A stretch of 64,000 nucleotides of DNA from Rickettsiales bacterium (GTDB lineage: Bacteria > Pseudomonadota > Alphaproteobacteria > Rickettsiales > UBA998): positions 236,767-300,766 of the forward strand of contig DAIPJH010000001.1 in assembly GCA_036770365.1 (NCBI GenBank). Reading direction: 5' to 3'. Shown one piece after another: positions 25,659 through 34,913 of the stretch. The notes beneath the pieces are model-generated. The model was not told where the DNA came from, searched no databases, and saw only the letters and a program-made list of their open reading frames with translations. Both the position numbers and the translations under genes were made by a program. Within the stretch, counting starts at the first letter, position 1; every line of letters begins with the position of its first letter.

Positions 25659-28385
25659 ATGACATTAACACTCGCACTTAACACCGCTGTTAGCGGACTT
25701 AACATCAGCCAAAAAGCCTTGGCCGTTATTTCTAATAACATTGCGAATGCCAATACCGAGGGTTACTCTCGCCAAATCGTTGAGGTAAGCGCAAAATACT
25801 TAGACGGTCAAATTGCTGGTGCGGGCATTGATGATATCACTCGTCGTGTCGACAAATACCTACAAAACAGCGTGCGCACCCAATCTTCTATCGTGGGGCG
25901 TACCTCTACACTCACCGATTATATGGAGCGTGTGCAAACCTTGATGGGTAACCCAGGGGACGACAACAGTATTGATGAATATGTCAGTAATTTTTTAACC
26001 TCTTTACAATCTCTTGCGGAAACACCTGATCGTACGTCAAATCGAGAACAGGCGGTCAACAATGCTGAGGTCTTAGCACGAGAAATCTCAGGACTGGCCG
26101 ATCATCTCCAAGTATTACGCAAAGAAGCTGACTCAGATATCAGTAACACCGTCGAAGATGTCAATCGCACTCTCAGCTCACTTGCTGCGATTAATACTGC
26201 CATCAATCGCGCCTCAGCACTCGGAAACCCAACGTCTGGATTACTGGATAAGCGCGACCAAGCACTCAAAGAACTATCCCAATACATGGATATCAGCACC
26301 TACACTCAAGAAACGGGTGAAGTCTTTGTGTATACTGATAGTGGCGTTGCTTTATTGGATAAAAACGTCTACCAATTACAATATAATGAAGCGGGCGCAC
26401 AATCTGTATTTGACGATAATCAACGTACTAATGCCGTGCAAGCCGTTCTTTATGATGAAAATGGAGAAGTCTCCAATACACCGCAAGATATTATTAGTGC
26501 AGGGAATCGTGACTCGGTTACCAGCGCACTCAAACAAGGCAAATTACAAGCTCTCCATGAACTACGTGATCAACTGATTCCTGATATTCTCTCGCAAATG
26601 GATGAATTTGCGGCCACCCTACGCGATACTTTTAATGAAATTCATAATCAAGGATCAAGCTATCCAGGGACAGATACACTCACGGGTACACGCGAGGTTG
26701 CGTCAACCGATGCATATAATTGGTCAGGCAGCGTTCGCATCGCTGTACTTGATCAAGATGGTAATCCTGCTGCCAGTGCTTATACTGATGAGATCGATAC
26801 AGGGGTGAGACCACTCACGCTCGACCTATCCAAACTTGACAGTGGTAATGGGAATTATCAACCCACCCTACAGAACATTATTGATGAAATTAACAATCAT
26901 TTTTGGCCGCCTGCGATTAAAACAGAGCAAGGAAACCTCAATAATATTCAGCTGGTTTCTGATACCACGTCTTTGCCTCAAGCACCGCAAGCATTCACCT
27001 TTGACTTTGATTTGGATAATATATCAAATCTTGATGCAGATTTTTATGTTTCGAGCATTACGGTGTTAGATGACACAGGTGCAAACATCACCAACGTCAC
27101 TAATCCTCCTCCACAAACTGCACTCAATGCACTCAACACTTACAGCACTACCAACGGCAGCAACGTCTTGACCGTCAATTCAACAGGACATACCTTTGCA
27201 GTCGGGGATCGCGTGTATCTCTCTGATCCACTCGTTGCTGTCAACGGCATTGCAAACACAGACATAACGGGCTATTTCGAAATCTCTAGCGTCACGGCTA
27301 ACAGCTTTACTGTCAGTCTTGGCACTGGCGTTGCAGCTACCGCAACAGGTAACGTCACGGTCGCGGGCATGACTGCCACGCCACCATGGGATACCATCAC
27401 TGCGGGTGAAAAACGACGCACACATGACCAAGGCACAGTAAGCCTTGATCTTACAGGCAACGCAGGTTCAAGCTATTATGATATCACAGTTGGTGTCGGC
27501 GTAGATGATCGCCAAGGAACGGCGGCAGATATCGCCACATCTACTATCACCTATCGCATCTACAATAATCAAGCTAACTTATTCAATGACCGTTACAATA
27601 GCACGGCAGTGACGGGTTCTGCCACACGGATTATTCCAAACACCGACCAGTTTTACATGCGTGCCATTATGGTCGATGCAGATGGGGTTGAATTACCTAA
27701 ACAAAACGGCATCTACATGGGACATGATGGCTATCTTAAACTTGAGACCAACGATCCCAATAATACCATTGCCATTGATGAGCTAGATAGCAAACAATTA
27801 GGTGTCACGACCACGACTCCGACAGAAGATGGTACAAATCGCGGGTTTTCTTATTACTTTGAGCTGAATAATTTCTTCAAAAGCAATGCTCCGACCAAGA
27901 CAGGAGATACCACAGAAGGCAGTGCGCTTAACTTTGCTGTGGAAGACCGCCTTGTTGAAGATTCCAACCTTATCTCTTTAGGACAATTGGAACAAACCTA
28001 CCAACCCGCTTCAGGTGATGCTGTCTATACCTATGAACGCAGCAGCGGCAACAATACTATCATCCACAAACTGGCCAATCTTGCTAATACAGCGGTATCT
28101 TTTACTTCTGCTGGGGGACTCAACTCTTCTAAGCAGACCATATTAAGCTACGCAAGTAACATGCTTGCCTACAGTGCCTCCACCGCGGCCTCTGCATCAA
28201 ATAACGATAGTGACGCCAATGTGTTACTGACAGGATTCACCGATCGCTCAGATACATTCAGCTCGGTGAATGTGGATGAAGAACTTGCTAATACCATCAT
28301 TTATCAACATGCATATTCTGCTTCAGCACGCGTTATCACTGTTGTAAGTGCTATGTTTGATGCGCTCTTGGCGGCAGGACAATAA
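25659..28385 (+). CDS. flgK: flagellar hook-associated protein 1 FlgK, unusually long (908 aa)
   Basis: The N-terminus LALNTAVSGLNISQKALAVISNNIANANTEGYSRQ and the C-terminus VNVDEELANTIIYQHAYSASARVITVVSAMFDALL are canonical. A large central insert separates them. Confidence 0.9.
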   Translation: MTLTLALNTAVSGLNISQKALAVISNNIANANTEGYSRQIVEVSAKYLDGQIAGAGIDDITRRVDKYLQNSVRTQSSIVGRTSTLTDYMERVQTLMGNPGDDNSIDEYVSNFLTSLQSLAETPDRTSNREQAVNNAEVLAREISGLADHLQVLRKEADSDISNTVEDVNRTLSSLAAINTAINRASALGNPTSGLLDKRDQALKELSQYMDISTYTQETGEVFVYTDSGVALLDKNVYQLQYNEAGAQSVFDDNQRTNAVQAVLYDENGEVSNTPQDIISAGNRDSVTSALKQGKLQALHELRDQLIPDILSQMDEFAATLRDTFNEIHNQGSSYPGTDTLTGTREVASTDAYNWSGSVRIAVLDQDGNPAASAYTDEIDTGVRPLTLDLSKLDSGNGNYQPTLQNIIDEINNHFWPPAIKTEQGNLNNIQLVSDTTSLPQAPQAFTFDFDLDNISNLDADFYVSSITVLDDTGANITNVTNPPPQTALNALNTYSTTNGSNVLTVNSTGHTFAVGDRVYLSDPLVAVNGIANTDITGYFEISSVTANSFTVSLGTGVAATATGNVTVAGMTATPPWDTITAGEKRRTHDQGTVSLDLTGNAGSSYYDITVGVGVDDRQGTAADIATSTITYRIYNNQANLFNDRYNSTAVTGSATRIIPNTDQFYMRAIMVDADGVELPKQNGIYMGHDGYLKLETNDPNNTIAIDELDSKQLGVTTTTPTEDGTNRGFSYYFELNNFFKSNAPTKTGDTTEGSALNFAVEDRLVEDSNLISLGQLEQTYQPASGDAVYTYERSSGNNTIIHKLANLANTAVSFTSAGGLNSSKQTILSYASNMLAYSASTAASASNNDSDANVLLTGFTDRSDTFSSVNVDEELANTIIYQHAYSASARVITVVSAMFDALLAAGQ

Positions 28386-28434
28386 TAATCGTGGTGATTA
28401 CACCTTGTATCACCACATGTGAAAGGAAGAGACC

Positions 28435-29349
28435 ATGGCACAGATAGGACGCGTTAGCACCAGCTTGCTTCAAAGAAATACCATGAACGACTTCACGAAA
28501 GTGCAAGCGCATATGGCTGATTTACAAAATCAGGTATCTAGCGGCAATAAAGCCCATAGTTTCGAAGGGCTTGTTGGTCAAGTTGAACAGTTCACAGGAC
28601 TTGAGGCTAAGATTAATAAAATTGCCGCGTATATTGATAACAACCAAGAAGTGCTTTCACGTATTCAATCAACACAAAAAGCGATTGGAAATACCATTGA
28701 CATCACAGATAATGTGCAGGACTTAATCGTACTGCGCCGTAATGGCACATCACTCAAAGATGGTACAGCATTCCCTCAGCAACTTCGTGCGCTGCGAGAA
28801 TCTCTTTCTACGCAACTTAATCAAAACGTCAACGGATACTACCTCTTCTCAGGTACGAAGACCAATGTGCCTCCCGTAAAAGATTCTATTCCTGAATTGG
28901 CCGAAGACGGTGTACCTGATGCTGGCTATTATCAGGGCAGTGGTGAAGACATCATCTCTCGTCCTCAAGATGGCAGTGAGGTCAACTATAATGTCCGCGC
29001 AGATGCTGAAGGCTATCAAATGGTTTTTGCTGCTATCAATATGGCACTCAAAGCTGATGCAGAAAAAGATGATACCAAACTTGCCCAAGCTTATGACATG
29101 ATCACTGAAGGCTTAACCAAGGTCACTGAACTCGAAACAACCACCAATGCAAACATCACCGATTTACAAGATATTAATGACCGTCATGAAGCATCAAAAA
29201 CCTATTTTAAAGGGGTTGCAGAAACCATCTCTAAAACAGATGTTCTTGCCGCTTCTACAGAAATTTCCGTCGACCAGACCATTCTTACCGCTACTTTTCA
29301 GGTATTTTCAAAAATTAGCAGCCTAAGATTGGTTGACTTTCTTCGTTAA
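28435..29349 (+). CDS. flgL: flagellar hook-associated protein 3 FlgL
   Basis: 304 aa with flagellin-like termini (RVSTSLLQRNTMNDFTKVQAHMADLQNQVSSGNK ... ILTATFQVFSKISSLRLVDFL). It follows flgK. Confidence 0.8.
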   Translation: MAQIGRVSTSLLQRNTMNDFTKVQAHMADLQNQVSSGNKAHSFEGLVGQVEQFTGLEAKINKIAAYIDNNQEVLSRIQSTQKAIGNTIDITDNVQDLIVLRRNGTSLKDGTAFPQQLRALRESLSTQLNQNVNGYYLFSGTKTNVPPVKDSIPELAEDGVPDAGYYQGSGEDIISRPQDGSEVNYNVRADAEGYQMVFAAINMALKADAEKDDTKLAQAYDMITEGLTKVTELETTTNANITDLQDINDRHEASKTYFKGVAETISKTDVLAASTEISVDQTILTATFQVFSKISSLRLVDFLR

Positions 29350-29447
29350 AAACAAAAGCTAAACTAAAAAACAACACGCTCGGCAAAGCAAAAACATGTT
29401 TAACCTAGATTCTTTTAACAAGATACATTAGTGTAGGGGAAGATTTT

Positions 29448-29984
29448 ATGAACATTCAAACACAGCACAGTACCGCCGTGGCAGATGAACGCGCAATATT
29501 AGCATCACAACTATCGCAGGAGTCATTTGAACCTGCGCCAGTTTCGGATTTTGTGGAGACTCGCTTTGGACGCGTGCGTGTTGCGCGTGACCAACCTATT
29601 ATTTTCCGCAAAGGCTTGCTTGGTATGCCAGAGAAGACCAGCTACTCTCTCACAGAATTTCCCGTAAAAAAGTTCGAGCGATTTAAACTTTTGCAATCAC
29701 TTGAAGATGATAATCTCTCTTTTATCACGCTACCACTTAACATGGATAATGACATTATCGCACGGGTGGATCTTGAAGAAGGGTGCAAAGACCTTGGCTT
29801 CACAGCAGAACAAATCGCTGTTTTGCTGATTGTATCTGTGCATCGTGAGCTAACAGGCGTGAGATTATCGGTCAATGCACGTGCGCCACTTTTTTTGGAT
29901 GCTTCACGTCGTGTAGCAGACCAGTGCGTCCTTCGTAATAATATCTATGAAGTGCGTCATATCCTCCGTGTAGACAATGCTTAA
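29448..29984 (+). CDS. fliW: flagellar assembly factor FliW
   Basis: The motifs PIIFRKGLLGMPE, FKLLQSLEDDNLSFITLP and a later APLFLD match the FliW pattern. Confidence 0.75.
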   Translation: MNIQTQHSTAVADERAILASQLSQESFEPAPVSDFVETRFGRVRVARDQPIIFRKGLLGMPEKTSYSLTEFPVKKFERFKLLQSLEDDNLSFITLPLNMDNDIIARVDLEEGCKDLGFTAEQIAVLLIVSVHRELTGVRLSVNARAPLFLDASRRVADQCVLRNNIYEVRHILRVDNA

Positions 29985-31158
29985 GCGGACTAAATTCCTA
30001 AAAGAATTTGCATGCTTGGGCGCGCAATGTGAAGATACCTGTTGCCATGGCTGGAGCATGCAAGTGGATGCAGGCACGGCAGCGCGCTACATTGAACAAG
30101 CCCCAGAATTAGCCGCAACGCTTGCAACAGAAGCAGGCGTGACCATCATGCAACGAGATGGCAAAACAGACTACTGTGTCCATTTTAGCAATGGTTTATG
30201 CGGTGTTCATGCCAGCAAAGGCACTGATTTCCTTGGAGATGCCTGCCACTTTTTTCCACGCATCACCCGCGCACTCGGAAATATTACCTACATGACCGCT
30301 GCCCCCTCCTGTCCTGAAGTAGCACGGCTTGCACTCCTGAGCGACGATGGCTTTGACATTGAAGATTGTGACATTGAACGTCTCCCCTACACACTCAATG
30401 ATTATCTCCCTGAGGGCATCACCGCCGAAGAGGCTTTTGCGCTCCACAACACCACTGTTCGCTATGTTCTCGACCGCAGCCACACCCCAAATCACTGTAT
30501 GGCAGCTATCAGCTCAGTCGCAAGATCACTACATATGCTCCCCGCTTCTAGCTGGGCGGCTGCCAACAATTTTTATCTAGATCATGTGGAGGCACGTATC
30601 CCGAAACCAGAACCGCATCCAGAAGATATTTTTCATCTTCTGCATATGCTTTCTGGTTTGGTCGATGCTGCACCAGCCTCCACCCGTACCCGTTTGGAAC
30701 AGACCATTTCAGAATGTGAAGACGCACTGAACGTCACCCTACTACGTGGACGCGCAGCTCTGACCATCACGGAAGCAAGCATGTTTGCCTGCGAATCCTT
30801 GGTACTACGCTGGAAAGAGCAGTGGCAAGACCACTTCAACCCCATCCTCACACGGTGGATAGCCCTACAACTTAGCGAAAGCTTCTATCCCTTCTCAGGA
30901 TTCGGCGCAACACTGACCGATCGCGTTACCTTACTCGGCGTACGTTATGGGCTTGTTTCATTAGGATTGATGGCAGCATGCCACAAAGCTGATGGCATAC
31001 CCAGCGAGTTTGAGATTATCCGTGTGATACAGTCTCTTTCGCGCTTCATGGATCACCTCAGCGACCCTGAACTCTCGTTACGTATCTGCCAAGAAACAGG
31101 ATGGAATCGTGAACCACGCCTACTTTCTGTCATCAATGTGAGTGATATTATCCTCTAG
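29977..31158 (+). CDS. fliB: FliB-type flagellin lysine-N-methylase (Cys-cluster protein)
   Basis: The N-terminal FACLGAQCEDTCCHGWSMQVD matches the Salmonella FliB F.C.G..C.D.CC.GW....D cluster as I recall it. At 393 aa it is about the size of FliB. It overlaps the fliW stop by 8 nt and lies directly upstream of fliC. Confidence 0.7.
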   Translation: MLKRTKFLKEFACLGAQCEDTCCHGWSMQVDAGTAARYIEQAPELAATLATEAGVTIMQRDGKTDYCVHFSNGLCGVHASKGTDFLGDACHFFPRITRALGNITYMTAAPSCPEVARLALLSDDGFDIEDCDIERLPYTLNDYLPEGITAEEAFALHNTTVRYVLDRSHTPNHCMAAISSVARSLHMLPASSWAAANNFYLDHVEARIPKPEPHPEDIFHLLHMLSGLVDAAPASTRTRLEQTISECEDALNVTLLRGRAALTITEASMFACESLVLRWKEQWQDHFNPILTRWIALQLSESFYPFSGFGATLTDRVTLLGVRYGLVSLGLMAACHKADGIPSEFEIIRVIQSLSRFMDHLSDPELSLRICQETGWNREPRLLSVINVSDIIL

Positions 31159-31458
31159 CTCTACATTTTTTTCGACAAAAAACACATGTCACAAAAAAAC
31201 ATCACCTCCACTAGATTTTGTCATTACGCAGCAAAATAGATGACACCGCACTCTAAATATGGCATATCTAAAAATAGTTTCATGTTATAAAATGGTGATG
31301 AAATGCCCATTATTCGCCATTTTAGCATGAAATTTCCATTCTTGTTAACCATTCATTAACCATGCATGGCATAAGATGGAGAGTGTAGTCCAAAAGCGGC
31401 TACTTTATTGCGGGACATGTAGTCCTTATAATCTAACATCCAAGTAGGAGAATCTATC

Positions 31459-34317
31459 ATGGGACTTAATTCAATCAATACCAACGTTGCTGCATATTAT
31501 GCACAATCGAACATTGGCAAAGCGTCAAACATGGCGTCTTCGTCTATCGCTCGTTTGTCTAGCGGTAACCGTATCGTTCGTGCAGCGGATGACGTAGCAG
31601 CAATGTCTGCTGGTACATCGCTTCGCACCAACGTCACCACCCTTAAAATGGCACTTGTCAACACCTCTCAGGGTTCGTCTCTGTTACAGGTTGCTGATGG
31701 TGCTTTATCACAAGTAACCGATATTTTGCAACGTCAGAAAGCTATTTCTGTCCAAGCGGGTTCTGGTTCTTTGACCTCTCAAGAGCGTTCATTCCTTAAT
31801 CAGGAATTCCAAAACCTTTCTAAAGAGATCGATCGCCTTGTAGACAACACCAACTTTAATGGTGTGACGCTGCTTAATGGATCGCTTTCTGAGAAAGTTG
31901 ACACCACACAAGTTGAGACCGCCGCAACCTCTGCAACTGCATCCATCACATGGTCAGCAAGACCTGCTGTTGGTGAAGATATCGTTATGAACGGTATTAC
32001 CTTCAACGCTGTTGCTCCTGCTGCTGCACTAACAGCTGCTGCAGGTGTTGTCGATTATAACCTCGGCACAACTATTGCTGAGACCATCGATAACTTGGTA
32101 ACACGCTTGAACTCTATTGATATTTCTTTTGTCAATAACGGTTCTCTTACCCAAGCTCAATATGAATCAATTTCACAAGCAACCTATAGCCGTTCAGGGA
32201 ATTCACTTGTAATCACCGCTGATCGTGGTGGTATGCAAGGAAATGTATTCCGTATTGACGGTGGCTCTAGCGCGATTGATGGTTCTGGTACAGGTATTGG
32301 TTCTGTAAGCGGCGCGGCTGCAAGCTCAACCATGAACCTACTCACCACCAATGGTATTGCAGCGACCTCTGTGTCTGCTGTTGTTGTAGGTGCAACTGTA
32401 GCAGCTCCTTTCGTTGCGGGTGCTTTAACCGCTACGATTGGTGCATACGCAGTACAAACCATCGCAACCGTTGCTGCGGGTGATACTTTACAAACCATCG
32501 TAGATAAAGTGAATGCTCTTACCAGCGTTACTGGTGTAAGCGCAGGCATCATTGGTCACGCAGGTGCATATAACATTCAGTTCGAATCATCTGAGATCGA
32601 TCCACAAGCCGGTGGTGCTATGGATATCGTTCTTGGTGGTGCTGCGCTGGGTGGTATGGCTGGTGTGACCTTGACCACAGCAACCGTTACCACTAACAAC
32701 TTGTTCTACTCGTTGGGTGGTGGTGACAATCTAGGGATCGCAGCAGGTGATACTGTAGGTCGTGGTGTGATGGGTGATGACATCCTGACCGACCAGAACC
32801 AACAGAAATCTTCTGTTGCTATTATTTTCCCAGAGATTGCTGATGGCGACTTGCTAAACAGCACCAATTTCGGGAACGCAACAGGTATTGATATCCGTAT
32901 CGCAAACGGTACAGCAGGTGCAGTGCAGTTCTGGTTCTCTAACGGTGGCAACGGTCCGACCGAAGCTAATGTTGGCAGCACACTTGTTGAAACGCTAGAC
33001 AACATGGTTTCTACAATCAATAGCTACTATGGTAGTGGTGCTCAGAACTACAACTTGGATCAGATCCATGCGCGTCGTGATGGCAACAATATCGTAATCG
33101 AGTCTAACGACTATACCACTTCTGCAACCAACTACGCTGCTGCCGCAACCATCCAAATCACACAAGCTACGGCTGTGACGGGTGGTTCTGTTACCAACAC
33201 AGGTAACTTGAGCAATGGTGTGACGGGTGGTGTAACGACCTCAGGTGTTACCAATAAAGACTTCGTTGGCACACTTCAGGGCTTCACCTCAACCTACTCT
33301 GGTACGACCGATCGCATTTCGCTTTCGATCACGGTGGGAGATCACATCTACACTGCATCCAACGTGGATACGACACCGTCTGCAAACACCAAAGTACGCT
33401 TCTCATCTGGCGATGGCGGCGGGTTCTTTGATGTGCAGATGGCTGCATCTAAAGGTCAAGCTGTGAATTCACAGTCGGACGCTGATGCGATCGCAACACG
33501 TTTCAATGCAGCGTTCTCAAGCCTTAACTTCTATCAAGATCGTGAGATTTCTAGTTATGATGGAAATGCGCCAATCTTGACAGATGGTGTGGTTTCAGGA
33601 TCTTTGATCGGAACATCAATCTCTTTGCAAGATACTGATTTCAGCAAAGTTAGCATTGATAAAATCCGTATCACTGCACCTTCAGGAAGCAACGAAAATG
33701 GTAAAATCGTATTCACTATCAATGGTGAAGATTATACCTCTGCTGCTGGCGTAGGTAGCCAACTTGGCGCACACGCTGACATCAAATTGGTAAGTGCTTC
33801 TGACGCTGACAAATTCTTGACCATTCACACAGGTGATGCGGCCATTGAATTTGATACCGACGCGAAAGCTGCCTCTTTCCAAGCTGCTTTGGAAAGCGCA
33901 TTTGGCGTAGGTGACGGTTCAGCAGAACTGAAGTTCCAAGTAGGTGTTACCACAGAAGATACCTTGTCTGTTGGGATGAGCAACATCTCTACGGGTAAAA
34001 TCTTCGGCGGTGAAAGCCTCGATGTTCTAACCGCTGAAAGCGCAGCACATGCAAGTGATGTGATTGACTCAGCAATTGACCTTGTTACCGCAGTTCGCGC
34101 TGAGGTGGGTGCATTGCAATCACGCTTTGACTTCGCATCTGCAAACGTTGAAAGCTCTATCCAAAACCAAGATGCTGCACGCGGCACTTTGTTGGATACA
34201 GACGTTGCGGCTGAATCAACCAAGTTCTCAACTGCACAGGTGCAGTTGCAGGCAGGTATTGCGGTATTGGCTCAAGCAAACCAATTACCACAAAACCTCT
34301 TGAAACTTATCGGTTAA
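31459..34317 (+). CDS. fliC: flagellin, very large (952 aa)
   Basis: Canonical D0/D1 N-terminus (LNSINTNVAAYYAQSNIGKA...RLSSGNRIVRAADDVAAMS...SQGSSLLQVADGALSQVTDILQR) and C-terminus (AVRAEVGALQSRFDFASANVESSIQNQDAARGTLLDTDVAAESTKFSTAQVQLQAGIAVLAQANQLPQNLLKL). About 690 aa of insert lie between them. The SD is AGGAG. Confidence 0.92.
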   Translation: MGLNSINTNVAAYYAQSNIGKASNMASSSIARLSSGNRIVRAADDVAAMSAGTSLRTNVTTLKMALVNTSQGSSLLQVADGALSQVTDILQRQKAISVQAGSGSLTSQERSFLNQEFQNLSKEIDRLVDNTNFNGVTLLNGSLSEKVDTTQVETAATSATASITWSARPAVGEDIVMNGITFNAVAPAAALTAAAGVVDYNLGTTIAETIDNLVTRLNSIDISFVNNGSLTQAQYESISQATYSRSGNSLVITADRGGMQGNVFRIDGGSSAIDGSGTGIGSVSGAAASSTMNLLTTNGIAATSVSAVVVGATVAAPFVAGALTATIGAYAVQTIATVAAGDTLQTIVDKVNALTSVTGVSAGIIGHAGAYNIQFESSEIDPQAGGAMDIVLGGAALGGMAGVTLTTATVTTNNLFYSLGGGDNLGIAAGDTVGRGVMGDDILTDQNQQKSSVAIIFPEIADGDLLNSTNFGNATGIDIRIANGTAGAVQFWFSNGGNGPTEANVGSTLVETLDNMVSTINSYYGSGAQNYNLDQIHARRDGNNIVIESNDYTTSATNYAAAATIQITQATAVTGGSVTNTGNLSNGVTGGVTTSGVTNKDFVGTLQGFTSTYSGTTDRISLSITVGDHIYTASNVDTTPSANTKVRFSSGDGGGFFDVQMAASKGQAVNSQSDADAIATRFNAAFSSLNFYQDREISSYDGNAPILTDGVVSGSLIGTSISLQDTDFSKVSIDKIRITAPSGSNENGKIVFTINGEDYTSAAGVGSQLGAHADIKLVSASDADKFLTIHTGDAAIEFDTDAKAASFQAALESAFGVGDGSAELKFQVGVTTEDTLSVGMSNISTGKIFGGESLDVLTAESAAHASDVIDSAIDLVTAVRAEVGALQSRFDFASANVESSIQNQDAARGTLLDTDVAAESTKFSTAQVQLQAGIAVLAQANQLPQNLLKLIG

Positions 34318-34336
34318 TCCAGTTTCTTAGTATGAT

Positions 34337-34375
34337 GGGGGTGGTCCGCCACCCCCTGATTACCTCTTTATTTTA
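34337..34375 (+). terminator. hairpin terminator or attenuator after fliC
   Basis: GC-rich 8-bp stem gggggtgg / ccaccccc with loop tccg, 20 nt after the fliC stop. The downstream region is T-rich but has no clean T-run. Confidence 0.55.
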
Positions 34376-34425
34376 TTGCTCTTTCTTAAACATCGTGATC
34401 ATCTTTAGTACTTAGGAGAACCACC

Positions 34426-34827
34426 ATGGACATTGGATCCGTACAAAAAAGCACAGGCCAGCAGATTTCCAGTCATGGCCTAGGTAGCACAAGCCGCAAC
34501 AACGTGACCCCAGAGGCACCTGCAACGGCAAAATCAAATGTGGAAAATAAACCCGTCAAAGTCGCCGCTGTGGACAAAGTAGACATTGGAGAAATTGACA
34601 ACAGACGCTCTGAAGCAATGCTTCAAGCTCTCAGACAGTCATTTCGCAGTGAATATGCTATCAGTGACAGTAGCTTTACCATCTACAAGGACTCAACAGG
34701 CCGTTATATCACACGCGTCACCAGCCTTAAGGATGGATCTGTTTCTTATTATCCTGAGCCAGAAATGCTTCGCCGCATGGAAGTAGAAGGCTTTAGTATG
34801 AATAATATGGTACAGGTACATGTATAA
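34426..34827 (+). CDS. flaG: flagellar protein FlaG
   Basis: 133 aa. The C-terminal YKDSTGRYITRVTSLKDGSVSYYPEPEMLRRME resembles the FlaG signature. The gene sits between fliC and fliD. Confidence 0.7.
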   Translation: MDIGSVQKSTGQQISSHGLGSTSRNNVTPEAPATAKSNVENKPVKVAAVDKVDIGEIDNRRSEAMLQALRQSFRSEYAISDSSFTIYKDSTGRYITRVTSLKDGSVSYYPEPEMLRRMEVEGFSMNNMVQVHV

Positions 34828-34913
34828 TTAAAAAAAGAACAGGCATCATGCCGAGTTGGTATGATACTTGAATGTCCTTCAGTTGAAGAAAAAAGGACTT
34901 TAGCGAGGCAGTC

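Noticed and set aside
31159-31458. A search for a sigma-28 (TAAA-N15-GCCGATAA) or sigma-54 promoter in front of fliC.
   Set aside because: I could find neither consensus. The only decent signal is a sigma-70-like TTATTG-N16-TATAAT at about 31404-31431. That is too weak to annotate as a feature without mapping the transcription start.
16896-34317. A protease or other enzymatic domain embedded in the flagellar inserts, as in flagellinolysin-type flagellins.
   Set aside because: I found no HExxH, catalytic Ser/His/Asp context or nucleotide-binding loop by eye in FlgE, FlgK or FliC. An enzymatic role cannot be claimed from sequence alone.
34855-34875. TGGTAT-gatac-TTGAA upstream of fliD as a possible sigma-54 promoter.
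   Set aside because: It lacks the near-invariant GC of the -12 element, so it is probably a chance match. fliD may be read through from fliC-flaG.
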